Source of the DNA: Bacilli bacterium
GTDB taxonomy: Bacteria > Bacillota_I > Bacilli_A > RF39 > UBA660
DNA: 64,000 nucleotides
Direction: 5' to 3'
Assembly (NCBI GenBank): GCA_017626405.1
Contig: JAGAIS010000001.1
Location: 230,885-294,884, forward strand
Below are positions 9,135 to 17,182 of this stretch, in pieces. The notes beneath the pieces were generated by a model. That model saw nothing but the letters and a program-made list of their open reading frames with translations. It had not been told where the DNA came from and did not search any database. Numbering within the stretch: the stretch's first letter is position 1; each line of letters starts with the position of its first letter. A program made the position numbers and the translations under genes.

Positions 9135-10136
9135 ATGAAGTATATTTCGTTTGTTGTTCCATGTTATAATTCTCAGGATTATATGGAAAAATGTATTGAT
9201 TCTTTACTTATAGGTAAAGAAGATGTTGAAATTATTATTGTAGATGATGGTTCAACAGATAAGACAGGAAAGATAGCTGATAGATATCAGAAGAAGTATC
9301 CGACTATTGTAAAAGCTATTCATCAGCCTAATGGAGGTCATGGAGAAGGTATTAATACTGGTTTAAAACATGCGACTGGTAAATACTTTAAGGTTGTCGA
9401 CAGTGATGATTGGGTAGATAAGAAAGCTTATAAAGAAATACTTAAGAAAGTTAAAAAGATTGATGCAGATTTAATTGTTATGAACTATGTGTATACTTAT
9501 ACGGATGGAAGAGAAAATCAAACAATAAATTTCAGCAATGTATTTAAGAATAATGAAGTAATTACTTGGGATCAAATTGGCAAATTCAAATTGACTCAGT
9601 ATCTTTCTCTTCATTCAATGATGTATAAGAAAAGCGTCTTAGATGAAGCAAAAATAGATTTACCTAAACATGTATTCTATGAAGATAATCTATTTATCTA
9701 TTTACCTCTTCCTTATACTAAATCAATTTATTATTTAGATGTTGATTTCTATCAATATTTTATTGGAAGAGCAGATCAATCAGTTCAAGAACCTCAACTT
9801 ATTAAGAGAAGTTCTCATCAAGTGTTAGTTACAAAAGAAATATGTAATAAATATGATTTAGATACGATTGAAAATAAGAAACTTAGAAAAATGATGTATC
9901 GTGAATGTGTATTCGTAATGACGATTGGTGTTATTTTTAGTCGTCTTGCCTACAATGAAGAAGGCGAAAAACAATATTTAGAATTATGGGAAAGTATTAA
10001 GAAGAGTAATCCAAAGTTATATAAGAAAATGAAACATTTTACGATGGCTAGTATGGTTAGCTTTAAGGGTAAATTTGGAAGATTCCTATCAATTAAGGGA
10101 TACCGTTTAGCTCATAAGTTAGTTAAGTTTAATTAA
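9135..10136 (+). CDS. family 2 glycosyltransferase
   Basis: ISFVVPCYNSQDYMEKCIDSLL, EIIIVDDGSTDKT and the DxD motif VVDSDDWV. Start set at the ATG after AGGTG. Confidence 0.85.
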   Translation: MKYISFVVPCYNSQDYMEKCIDSLLIGKEDVEIIIVDDGSTDKTGKIADRYQKKYPTIVKAIHQPNGGHGEGINTGLKHATGKYFKVVDSDDWVDKKAYKEILKKVKKIDADLIVMNYVYTYTDGRENQTINFSNVFKNNEVITWDQIGKFKLTQYLSLHSMMYKKSVLDEAKIDLPKHVFYEDNLFIYLPLPYTKSIYYLDVDFYQYFIGRADQSVQEPQLIKRSSHQVLVTKEICNKYDLDTIENKKLRKMMYRECVFVMTIGVIFSRLAYNEEGEKQYLELWESIKKSNPKLYKKMKHFTMASMVSFKGKFGRFLSIKGYRLAHKLVKFN

Positions 10137-10161
10137 AACAAAGATTTATCTTTGTTTTTTT
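10137..10161 (+). terminator. rho-independent terminator after the GT2 gene
   Basis: ACAAAGAT/ATCTTTGT stem followed by T7. Confidence 0.7.
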
Positions 10162-10169
10162 GTTATAAT
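10161..10169 (+). promoter_or_regulatory. extended -10 promoter element TGTTATAAT
   Basis: TGnTATAAT directly after the terminator, about 19 nt before the GAGGTGA RBS and ATG 10188 region. Confidence 0.5.
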
Positions 10170-10187
10170 ACTTATGAGGTGATACCA

Positions 10188-12404
10188 ATGAAAGAATTAT
10201 TAGTTCCCGTTGGTTCAATGGAATCTTTAAAAGTAGCAATTTTTAGTGGTGCGGATGCTGTTTACTTAGGTGGTAAAAGATTTGGTGCTCGTGCATTTGC
10301 AACTAATTTTGATGATACAGAAATGATTAATGCAATTAATTTGTGTCATTTATATGGAGTAAAAATATATGTTACAGTTAATACACTAATACATGAATCA
10401 GAGATGGATGAAGTAATTGAATATGTTAAATTTTTAGCTATAAATGGAGTAGATGCAGTTATAGTTCAGGATATTGGTCTTATCAGTCTAATACATGAAG
10501 TATTACCTGAATTAGATATCCACGTATCAACTCAAGCACATACAACTAATGAAAGTACCCTTAAATTTTTTGAAAGTATGGGTGTATCGAGAGTTGTTAT
10601 GGCTCGTGAAACTACAATTGATGAAATTGATAATATGAGTACTTCTTTAGAAATTGAAGCATTTATTCATGGTGCTTTGTGTATTTCTTATTCTGGTGAG
10701 TGTTTATTTTCTTCTATTTTAATGAATAGAAGTGGAAATCGTGGAGAATGTGCTCAAATATGTCGCCTACCATTTAAATTAAAGTGTGACAATAGTTTTA
10801 TTAAAACTGATGGAGATTATCTACTAAGTACCAAAGAATTAAATACTAGTTCTAATTTTAAGAGAATAATGGATTCCAACATATATAGTTTAAAGATTGA
10901 GGGAAGAATGAAGTCTCCTGAATATGTAGGATGTGTAACTAAGCTATATCGCGATTTAATGGACAAGTATTATAATCATGAAGAATTAGTCGTCAATCAG
11001 GAATATTTGAGAGATTTAAATGTTATATTTAATCGTGAATATACTAGAGGTTTCTTATTTTCTGCAAATAATAAAGATTTAATGAATATTAAAACTAGCA
11101 ATCATATTGGTGTTAATATTGGGCGAGTAGTTGATATCGATAAAAAATATATAACAATAGATCTTGATTCTAGTATTCATCAAGGAGATGGAATCCGCTT
11201 TATGACTTCTAAAGAAGGAATGATATTAAATTATCTTTTTGATGAAAAAGAATTACTAATTAATGAGCATGGTAGAGGAATAGTAAAAGTTTTAAATAAA
11301 TGTAATGTTAAAAAAGGAGAACTTGTCAACAAAACTCTAGATGTGAATGTTTTAGATAAATATAGAAAAGTTGATCCTAAAAAAATTGAAATCAAGGGTA
11401 AGTTTATCGGACATGTTGGCGATGCAATGATGTTGGTTTTAACTGATGGAATTAATGAAGTTAGAATGAGTGGGTGCGAAGTTGATAAGTCGATAAATGC
11501 ACCTCTTACTAAAGATACGATTATTTCGAAAATCAATAAATTAAATGATACAGCCTATTGCCTTAAAGAGTTAGAAGTAGATATTGATAATGATATTTTC
11601 GTAAGAGTATCGGAAATAAATGAGCTTAGAAGAAAATGTATTGCTGCTCTAAATAATATGCGTATAAAACAAAAAAATATAGAAGTTAAAGAATCTAATA
11701 CTAGAGATTTTAATAAATATGATAAGGGAGTTCATTTTAATATTTTAGTAAGAAATGAAGAACAGTTGAAATATTTACTAAATAGGAATGTCTCATTAAT
11801 TGTTCCTGATCAAAAATTATATTCTAAATATAAGAATTATTCTAATGTTTACTATCGTACTGATCGGGTTAAAGAATCATTTATGTCAGAGAGGACTTCT
11901 GTATCGGAACTTGGTGCTTTATTTAATAATCGAGATTCGTTTTCTGAATATTATTTAAATATTGCTAACCACTATACAATTAATGCTTTAAGTGATTATT
12001 TAAAAGTTCCGGAGTTATCTGTAGAATTAAGTGATGAAGAAATATACAGAATAGCTAATTATTATGATAAAAGTGTTAATTTAGAAGTATTTATATATGG
12101 GCGTATTGAACTTATGTTACTCAAATATTGTCCACTTAATTTACTCGTTAATAAAGATTCGATATGTCATGTCTGTTCTAATGGACGCAGATATTATTTA
12201 GTTGATAGAAATAACTATGAATATCCACTAGTTCATGATAAATTAGAACATGTAACTCATCTCTTAGATAATAAAATAACTAATAAATTAAATAATTTAA
12301 ATGATTATATTGATCACGGAATAAATTATTTTCGAATTGAATTATTAGATGAAACAGAAGATGAAATTAAAGATTTATTAGAAAGAATTGGTTTGTATGA
12401 ATAA
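10188..12404 (+). CDS. peptidase U32 family protein (long form)
   Basis: N-terminus MKELLVPVGSMESLKVAIFSGADAVYLGGKRFGARA and the Cys-rich segment GALCISYSGECLFSS...RGECAQICR are U32 hallmarks. RBS GAGGTGA. The track ORF start at 10152 lies inside the upstream terminator and promoter. Confidence 0.85.
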   Translation: MKELLVPVGSMESLKVAIFSGADAVYLGGKRFGARAFATNFDDTEMINAINLCHLYGVKIYVTVNTLIHESEMDEVIEYVKFLAINGVDAVIVQDIGLISLIHEVLPELDIHVSTQAHTTNESTLKFFESMGVSRVVMARETTIDEIDNMSTSLEIEAFIHGALCISYSGECLFSSILMNRSGNRGECAQICRLPFKLKCDNSFIKTDGDYLLSTKELNTSSNFKRIMDSNIYSLKIEGRMKSPEYVGCVTKLYRDLMDKYYNHEELVVNQEYLRDLNVIFNREYTRGFLFSANNKDLMNIKTSNHIGVNIGRVVDIDKKYITIDLDSSIHQGDGIRFMTSKEGMILNYLFDEKELLINEHGRGIVKVLNKCNVKKGELVNKTLDVNVLDKYRKVDPKKIEIKGKFIGHVGDAMMLVLTDGINEVRMSGCEVDKSINAPLTKDTIISKINKLNDTAYCLKELEVDIDNDIFVRVSEINELRRKCIAALNNMRIKQKNIEVKESNTRDFNKYDKGVHFNILVRNEEQLKYLLNRNVSLIVPDQKLYSKYKNYSNVYYRTDRVKESFMSERTSVSELGALFNNRDSFSEYYLNIANHYTINALSDYLKVPELSVELSDEEIYRIANYYDKSVNLEVFIYGRIELMLLKYCPLNLLVNKDSICHVCSNGRRYYLVDRNNYEYPLVHDKLEHVTHLLDNKITNKLNNLNDYIDHGINYFRIELLDETEDEIKDLLERIGLYE

Positions 12405-12894
12405 AAAGATTATAATTGGAATTTCCTTTCTAATAATTCTAATAGTAAGTGTATCGTTTCTTATTTATCAAAAGGGTAACAATATACCAACATATGATGC
12501 TGATATTATTTGTTCCTATTCTACTAAAGAATCTTTAGATGATGATGAATATGATTCAAAAAGTGTTGTATATATATTTAAAGATAATAATATTGTAAAT
12601 AAAACTATTAATCAATCTATTATGAGTGCCAATTCAGATACGAGATTATTGGAATCTATCATAAGTTTATATGATAATATCGATGGTATTGATGCATATG
12701 TTTCCAAAATAGATGATTCTGTTGTCTTTGAAGTTATATATGATTACGATAAGATAGATTTAAATCTAATAAAAGAAAATCTAAGTAGTGTTTTAGATGA
12801 AACTTCGATTCTAATGAATATTTCAGAGTTACCGATAAATGTCGATGAATACTTAGATTTATTAAGTGATAATTATAAATGTGAGGTGAAATAA
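12397..12894 (+). CDS. hypothetical membrane-anchored protein
   Basis: N-terminal TM helix (IIIGISFLIILIVSVSFLIY). Its ATG overlaps the U32 stop (ATGAATAA). Confidence 0.55.
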   Translation: MNKKIIIGISFLIILIVSVSFLIYQKGNNIPTYDADIICSYSTKESLDDDEYDSKSVVYIFKDNNIVNKTINQSIMSANSDTRLLESIISLYDNIDGIDAYVSKIDDSVVFEVIYDYDKIDLNLIKENLSSVLDETSILMNISELPINVDEYLDLLSDNYKCEVK

Positions 12895-13445
12895 TGGATA
12901 TTATATATGTTACTGGAAATAAGGGTAAGATAGAACTTGCCAAGATGATTTATCAAGATTTGGACGTCAATATTATTCAAGAAAATATGGAAACTCCAGA
13001 AATTCAAAGTATGGATTGTGTTGATGTTGCAAAGTTTAGTGCTGAATATGCTGCAAATTTACTAGGTAAACCGGTAATGAAAAATGATTCGGGTTTAGTA
13101 ATTGAAGCATTAAATGGTTTTCCGGGGGCTCTTGCAAAGTATGCGGAGGATACAATTACAGCTGAAGGATTCATTAGACTTATGCAAGGAGTAGAAAATA
13201 GAAAGTGCTATTGGGTAGAAGCGTTAGCCTACTGTGAACCAAATCATGAACCAGTTTGCTTTGTATCTTTATCTTATGGAACAATAAGCAAAAGTGTTAG
13301 GGGAAATCGTGGATATGATTATGATAAAATATTCATTCCCGATGGTGACTCTAGAACTTTTGCCGAGATGACAGAAGAAGAGCAATTAAAATGTTTTGAT
13401 ACGAAAGCATATAAAGATTTATATAAATACTTATTAACACATTAA
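12894..13445 (+). CDS. non-canonical purine NTP pyrophosphatase (Ham1/RdgB/ITPase family)
   Basis: IYVTGNKGKIELAK N-terminus, NGFPGALAKY and GYDYDKIFIP motifs. The start overlaps the previous stop (TAATG). Confidence 0.8.
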   Translation: MDIIYVTGNKGKIELAKMIYQDLDVNIIQENMETPEIQSMDCVDVAKFSAEYAANLLGKPVMKNDSGLVIEALNGFPGALAKYAEDTITAEGFIRLMQGVENRKCYWVEALAYCEPNHEPVCFVSLSYGTISKSVRGNRGYDYDKIFIPDGDSRTFAEMTEEEQLKCFDTKAYKDLYKYLLTH

Positions 13446-13449
13446 AAAA

Positions 13450-13474
13450 AGAACTATTTATAGTTCTTTTTTTC
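13450..13474 (+). terminator. rho-independent terminator of the U32-Ham1 operon
   Basis: AGAACTA/TAGTTCT stem with a 4-nt loop and a T-run. Confidence 0.8.
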
Positions 13475-13475
13475 T

Positions 13476-14066
13476 CTTCATTTTGTATTTTTAAGTTTAC
13501 GATTTTAAAACAAGTTATTTTAGGGGGAAAGAAATGTTTTAGGATAAAAAAATATTTTTTTATAATTACATAAACTTAAAAACTACCATCTCATGCGAAT
13601 GAGATTCATCAATAACTAATTTTGATATTAAAATCAATAAAAAATAAAAATTAAAAATAAAAATTAGGTTCACATTTTTCAAATACCTGCGAGAGTATAA
13701 GAACTAGCACTTACATTCGAAAATATAAGTATGTGACACTAGTATAATATATTAGGCATCCTGCACTAAAATATTATCTTCCAAAATTTACTAATTTTAG
13801 GTAATCAGTACTAAATGTACTCACAAGTGGCTGATGATTATCTCGTTGCATTTCACAAAAGCCATAATACCAAACAAACATTATATGAGAACTTCCAAAC
13901 ACTCAATCAATATTCAGCATCAGCTTGATTATCAAGCATATTAAGACGAATCGTGAATATTGTATATAATATTTTTATGTACTTTTACCACCTAGATTTA
14001 TGTTACTACTTTACTATTTTATTGTCATTATTTATTATCGATATTTTTGTAAATATACATAAAATT
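13476..14066. other. ORF-free 0.6 kb region, visibly less AT-rich than other spacers; candidate ncRNA or decayed gene
   Basis: No ORF of 60 codons or more on either strand. Contains the hairpin ATCTCAT-GCGA-ATGAGAT (13587-13607), the palindrome GCTTGATtATCAAGC (13922-13936) and TAGTATAAT at 13741-13749. Confidence 0.4.
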
Positions 14067-14067
14067 T

Positions 14068-14100
14068 ACAAAATAAAAAGTAAAGATTAATAGTCTTTAC
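14068..14100 (-). terminator. rho-independent terminator of the ABC-2 operon
   Basis: Stem GTAAAGA/TCTTTAC (14080-14086 / 14094-14100) followed on the minus strand by TTTTTATTTT. It overlaps the permease stop codon. Confidence 0.7.
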
Positions 14101-14746
14101 TTTTAAAGAACTTTACCGATAGAAAATATGATAAAATCAAGCATACAATTACCAAAACTAACATGACTGGCAAAGCATTGTTATTGATAAGTTCGAAGAT
14201 GCCGACTAAGTCAATCTGCTCGACATTTATAACATTTATATATACGGATGCTATAGCCATTATTCCAAGCAATAACATAATTATGCTCATTAGTACAAAT
14301 CTGCTTTTCTCACAACCAAATTTATATATTATTGGAAAGAATATGGAATCTACTATTAAAGCAGCACTTTCTAATATAAGTAACATTTTTATCATATCTG
14401 TATTAACTCCGTTGAATCCTGGAGATATTATAAAATAAATAAGTAAGTAGATTACTAAACCAATATAAGTAGATACTAATGTCATTAGAAGTGTAAATAC
14501 ATATTTTGATAAAACAATTTTTTCTCTCGATAGAGGTAGTGATAATGTAAATGCTTCTGTATTAAAGAATTCATCCGTTTGAAATGTCGAAATACTCGAT
14601 ACTAACAGTACTAATGGAACTGTTGATATTGCTATCAAATAATTACCAATAGCAATACTGAGTAGAAGTGAACCAATAAACATTACTAGTGTCGTCTTAT
14701 AATTGTTTTTGATAAATAATAAATCTTTAATGATTAATCCTCGCAT
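14087..14746 (-). CDS. ABC-2 type transporter permease
   Basis: About 6 hydrophobic helices. Overlaps the upstream ATPase gene by 13 nt, the typical ATPase/ABC-2 permease pairing. Confidence 0.6.
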   Translation of the reverse strand: MRGLIIKDLLFIKNNYKTTLVMFIGSLLLSIAIGNYLIAISTVPLVLLVSSISTFQTDEFFNTEAFTLSLPLSREKIVLSKYVFTLLMTLVSTYIGLVIYLLIYFIISPGFNGVNTDMIKMLLILESAALIVDSIFFPIIYKFGCEKSRFVLMSIIMLLLGIMAIASVYINVINVEQIDLVGIFELINNNALPVMLVLVIVCLILSYFLSVKFFKSKDY

Positions 14747-15582
14747 GCTACACCTCTAATTACAATAAGCATAATATCATCTAATGTTGTGATATTTTTA
14801 GCATATTTTTGATAATTTTTTTTCATCTTTTTTCTTTCTATTAATATTTCATAATCCAATCTATTTTCTTTATATTTCATGATATCTTTTTTATTTATCT
14901 TCTTAAAGTCATCTTTTTTTACTTCAAGCACGATATAGTTTTCTTTTACTTCTCTTAATGGTTTATCAAAAATAATATTCCCGTTTGAGATAAATATAAC
15001 ATCGTCTGCTATATGTTCTAAGTCGCTTGTTATATGAGTAGATAGAAGAATTGAATTTTCCTGTGATTTTACAAAGTCAGTAAATATATCTAATACTTCC
15101 GAACGAATTATTGGATCTAATCCACTAGTTGGCTCATCTAAGATAAGTATCTTAGGATGATGTGATAGTGCACAGGCAATTTCAACTTTCTTTTTCATAC
15201 CTGTCGATAAGAGTTTAAATTTCTTATCTTTAGGTATTTTAAATTCTTTCATATAGTTATAGAAGAGTTCTTCATCCCATTTCTTGTAGATGTTTTTACA
15301 TATTAGATTGATATCTTTAATCCGAAATGTTTCAATAAAGAATGAATCGTCAAATATAATGCCTATAGAATCTTTATCTTTAGAAGTAAATGAATGTCCA
15401 TCAATATTGATTATTCCTGAATCTTTATGAATTGTATCCATAATACATTTGATTAGAGTTGTTTTGCCAGCCCCATTTTCTCCGATAAGACCGACAATTT
15501 TTCCTTTTGGAATATTAATATTTATATTATTCAAATTAAAATCTGAGAAACTTTTATTTAAATTTTTTACTTCGATATTCAT
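14734..15582 (-). CDS. ABC transporter ATP-binding protein
   Basis: Walker A GENGAGKTT, signature LSTGMKKKV, Walker B ILILDEPTSGLD. Start set at the ATG after AGGGTGA. Confidence 0.85.
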   Translation of the reverse strand: MNIEVKNLNKSFSDFNLNNININIPKGKIVGLIGENGAGKTTLIKCIMDTIHKDSGIINIDGHSFTSKDKDSIGIIFDDSFFIETFRIKDINLICKNIYKKWDEELFYNYMKEFKIPKDKKFKLLSTGMKKKVEIACALSHHPKILILDEPTSGLDPIIRSEVLDIFTDFVKSQENSILLSTHITSDLEHIADDVIFISNGNIIFDKPLREVKENYIVLEVKKDDFKKINKKDIMKYKENRLDYEILIERKKMKKNYQKYAKNITTLDDIMLIVIRGVACED

Positions 15583-15655
15583 GATAATCACCCTAAAGGT
15601 ATTATATCAAAAAAATTATACTATGATTATTAAAATTTATGTGTTATAATTTAAT

Positions 15656-15681
15656 TGCAGTGCCTACTGCATTTTTTTTTT
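15656..15681 (+). terminator. terminator-like hairpin plus T10 in a divergent intergenic region
   Basis: TGCAGT-GCCT-ACTGCA followed by ten T residues. It lies just downstream of TGTTATAAT (15642-15650) and upstream of the DUF308 gene. Confidence 0.4.
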
Positions 15682-15735
15682 GCTTTATATTGAAGAAAAC
15701 TATAATATATTCTATAATTATATTGGAGCGATATT

Positions 15736-16332
15736 ATGATAAGAGATTTTGCAAAAAGATGCGAAAAGAGTATGTTAGCATCAACGGTTATAACGCTTGT
15801 ATTGGGAATTGTTTTACTTATTGAACCTAGTGGTTCCATTCAAGTTTTAACTGCTATTGTTGCTATACTAGCTATGTTAATTGGCGGTTTTCAAATAATA
15901 GATTATATTAGACAAAAAAGAGAAGAAAAGATGTTAAGTTTATCTTTAGTTTTGGGAACTATTCTTTTAACTGTTGGTATATACTTAATGTGTAATTTAA
16001 AGAGTTTAGTAATATTTTTTACTAATATTATAGGTATTGCCATTTGTATTAAGGCTTTATTTAAAATTCAATATGCTATTAATATTAGAGATTTATCAGA
16101 TAAATGGTTATATAACTTAGTTGTTGGTGGATTTTCTATGGCTTTAGGAATTGTTCTTATACTTAATCCATTTAAAAGTGCAGAATTATTTTTAAGAATA
16201 ATTGGTGGCATTTTAGTTGTTGCATCAATTGCAGAATTGATTGAAACAGCAATAATTATTAAATCATTGGATGATAGTAAAGAGATACCTTTTAAGGAAA
16301 AAGAAAATAAAGATTCAGAAATTGTAGAATAA
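15736..16332 (+). CDS. HdeD/DUF308-like membrane protein
   Basis: Six-TM repeat architecture with G-rich helices (VLGIVLLIEP...AMLIGGFQIIDYI; ALGIVLILNP...GGILVVASIAELI). Confidence 0.6.
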   Translation: MIRDFAKRCEKSMLASTVITLVLGIVLLIEPSGSIQVLTAIVAILAMLIGGFQIIDYIRQKREEKMLSLSLVLGTILLTVGIYLMCNLKSLVIFFTNIIGIAICIKALFKIQYAINIRDLSDKWLYNLVVGGFSMALGIVLILNPFKSAELFLRIIGGILVVASIAELIETAIIIKSLDDSKEIPFKEKENKDSEIVE

Positions 16333-16341
16333 GGTGATTAA

Positions 16342-17142
16342 ATGAGAGCAATTTATCTTGATAATTATTACGGACATTTGCATCCATGCGAGGTAGACTC
16401 TCTTAGATATAATCCTTTAACTAAAAAGTATATATTATATTACTATGATCGTACATTGGGAGAATATATGTATGCTTATTTAAAAAAGATTGATGATACT
16501 TTTTATATAACGAAAAGTGACTATCGTAGTTTTGAAAATATGGCTTCTGCTTTTACCTCACTGGTATTGGAAAAAATAGATATAACGGAATTGCCTCCTT
16601 ATATTACATTGATTGATAGTCCATCATTAAAAGGTAAATATATTACACGTTCAAAAAATTCTGCGGGATATATCTTTAAAGAGAAACTAGATTTTCTTGA
16701 AATAGAGAGTTATGAAGATGCTTTAAATGGAGTAAAATATTATTATTTTATTGTAGATGAAATGATACCTAAAGTAGATGGATTTAAGTATTATGCCAAC
16801 TATTCATGTGTATCCGATAAACCGCTCAAGAAAAATATTATTGCAAGGCATAAATTAGATATACCAATCGAAGATGTTCCTCGTGAATATGGAATGTATT
16901 TATTTGAATTTGGACTAGAAGACAATCTTAATATCAATATGCGAGTTGAATCTCTTCTTGTAAAAAAAATTATGGAATTAAATGAAGGAAAGCGCGATGA
17001 TATGGATCCAATATTACTTACGAAGATTGTTAGAATGATTCTTCGAAGTAAAGATCGTGAGAAGGCAGCTTTAGAGTATCAAACTTTACTATCTAATTAT
17101 TATGATAAATGGGTTGAAGAAAAGGAAAAGAAACATTTATAG
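16342..17142 (+). CDS. hypothetical protein
   Basis: 266-aa ORF starting 9 nt after the DUF308 gene. No recognisable motif. Confidence 0.55.
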   Translation: MRAIYLDNYYGHLHPCEVDSLRYNPLTKKYILYYYDRTLGEYMYAYLKKIDDTFYITKSDYRSFENMASAFTSLVLEKIDITELPPYITLIDSPSLKGKYITRSKNSAGYIFKEKLDFLEIESYEDALNGVKYYYFIVDEMIPKVDGFKYYANYSCVSDKPLKKNIIARHKLDIPIEDVPREYGMYLFEFGLEDNLNINMRVESLLVKKIMELNEGKRDDMDPILLTKIVRMILRSKDREKAALEYQTLLSNYYDKWVEEKEKKHL

Positions 17143-17182
17143 ATGTTTCTTTTTTTTAATTATTATTATATAATTATAGTAG

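Noticed and set aside
13640-13665. Direct repeat AAAAATAAAAATT x2
   Set aside because: This is pure low-complexity A/T sequence with no flanking structure suggesting an att site or a mobile-element end.
13500-14000. tmRNA, RNase P RNA or SRP RNA in the long spacer (GGGGGAAAG at 13523; ACCACC at 13987)
   Set aside because: I could not find the conserved cores: GGAUUCGA and a tag ORF ending in an Ala-Ala stop for tmRNA, GAGGAAAGUCC for RNase P, or the GGAA/AGCA domain IV loop for SRP. The region stays an unassigned candidate only.
14047-14071. Palindrome TTGTAAAT-N9-ATTTACAA, with a similar TTGTAAA-N7-TTTACAA at 56112-56132, as a shared operator motif
   Set aside because: There are only two imperfectly matching instances with different spacing. 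A/T-only palindromes of this length are likely by chance here, and the first may simply be a second terminator hairpin.
15639-15839. 61- and 62-aa ORFs in the ABC/DUF308 divergent spacer
   Set aside because: They span promoter elements and a terminator hairpin, have no SD, and overlap the start of the DUF308 gene.
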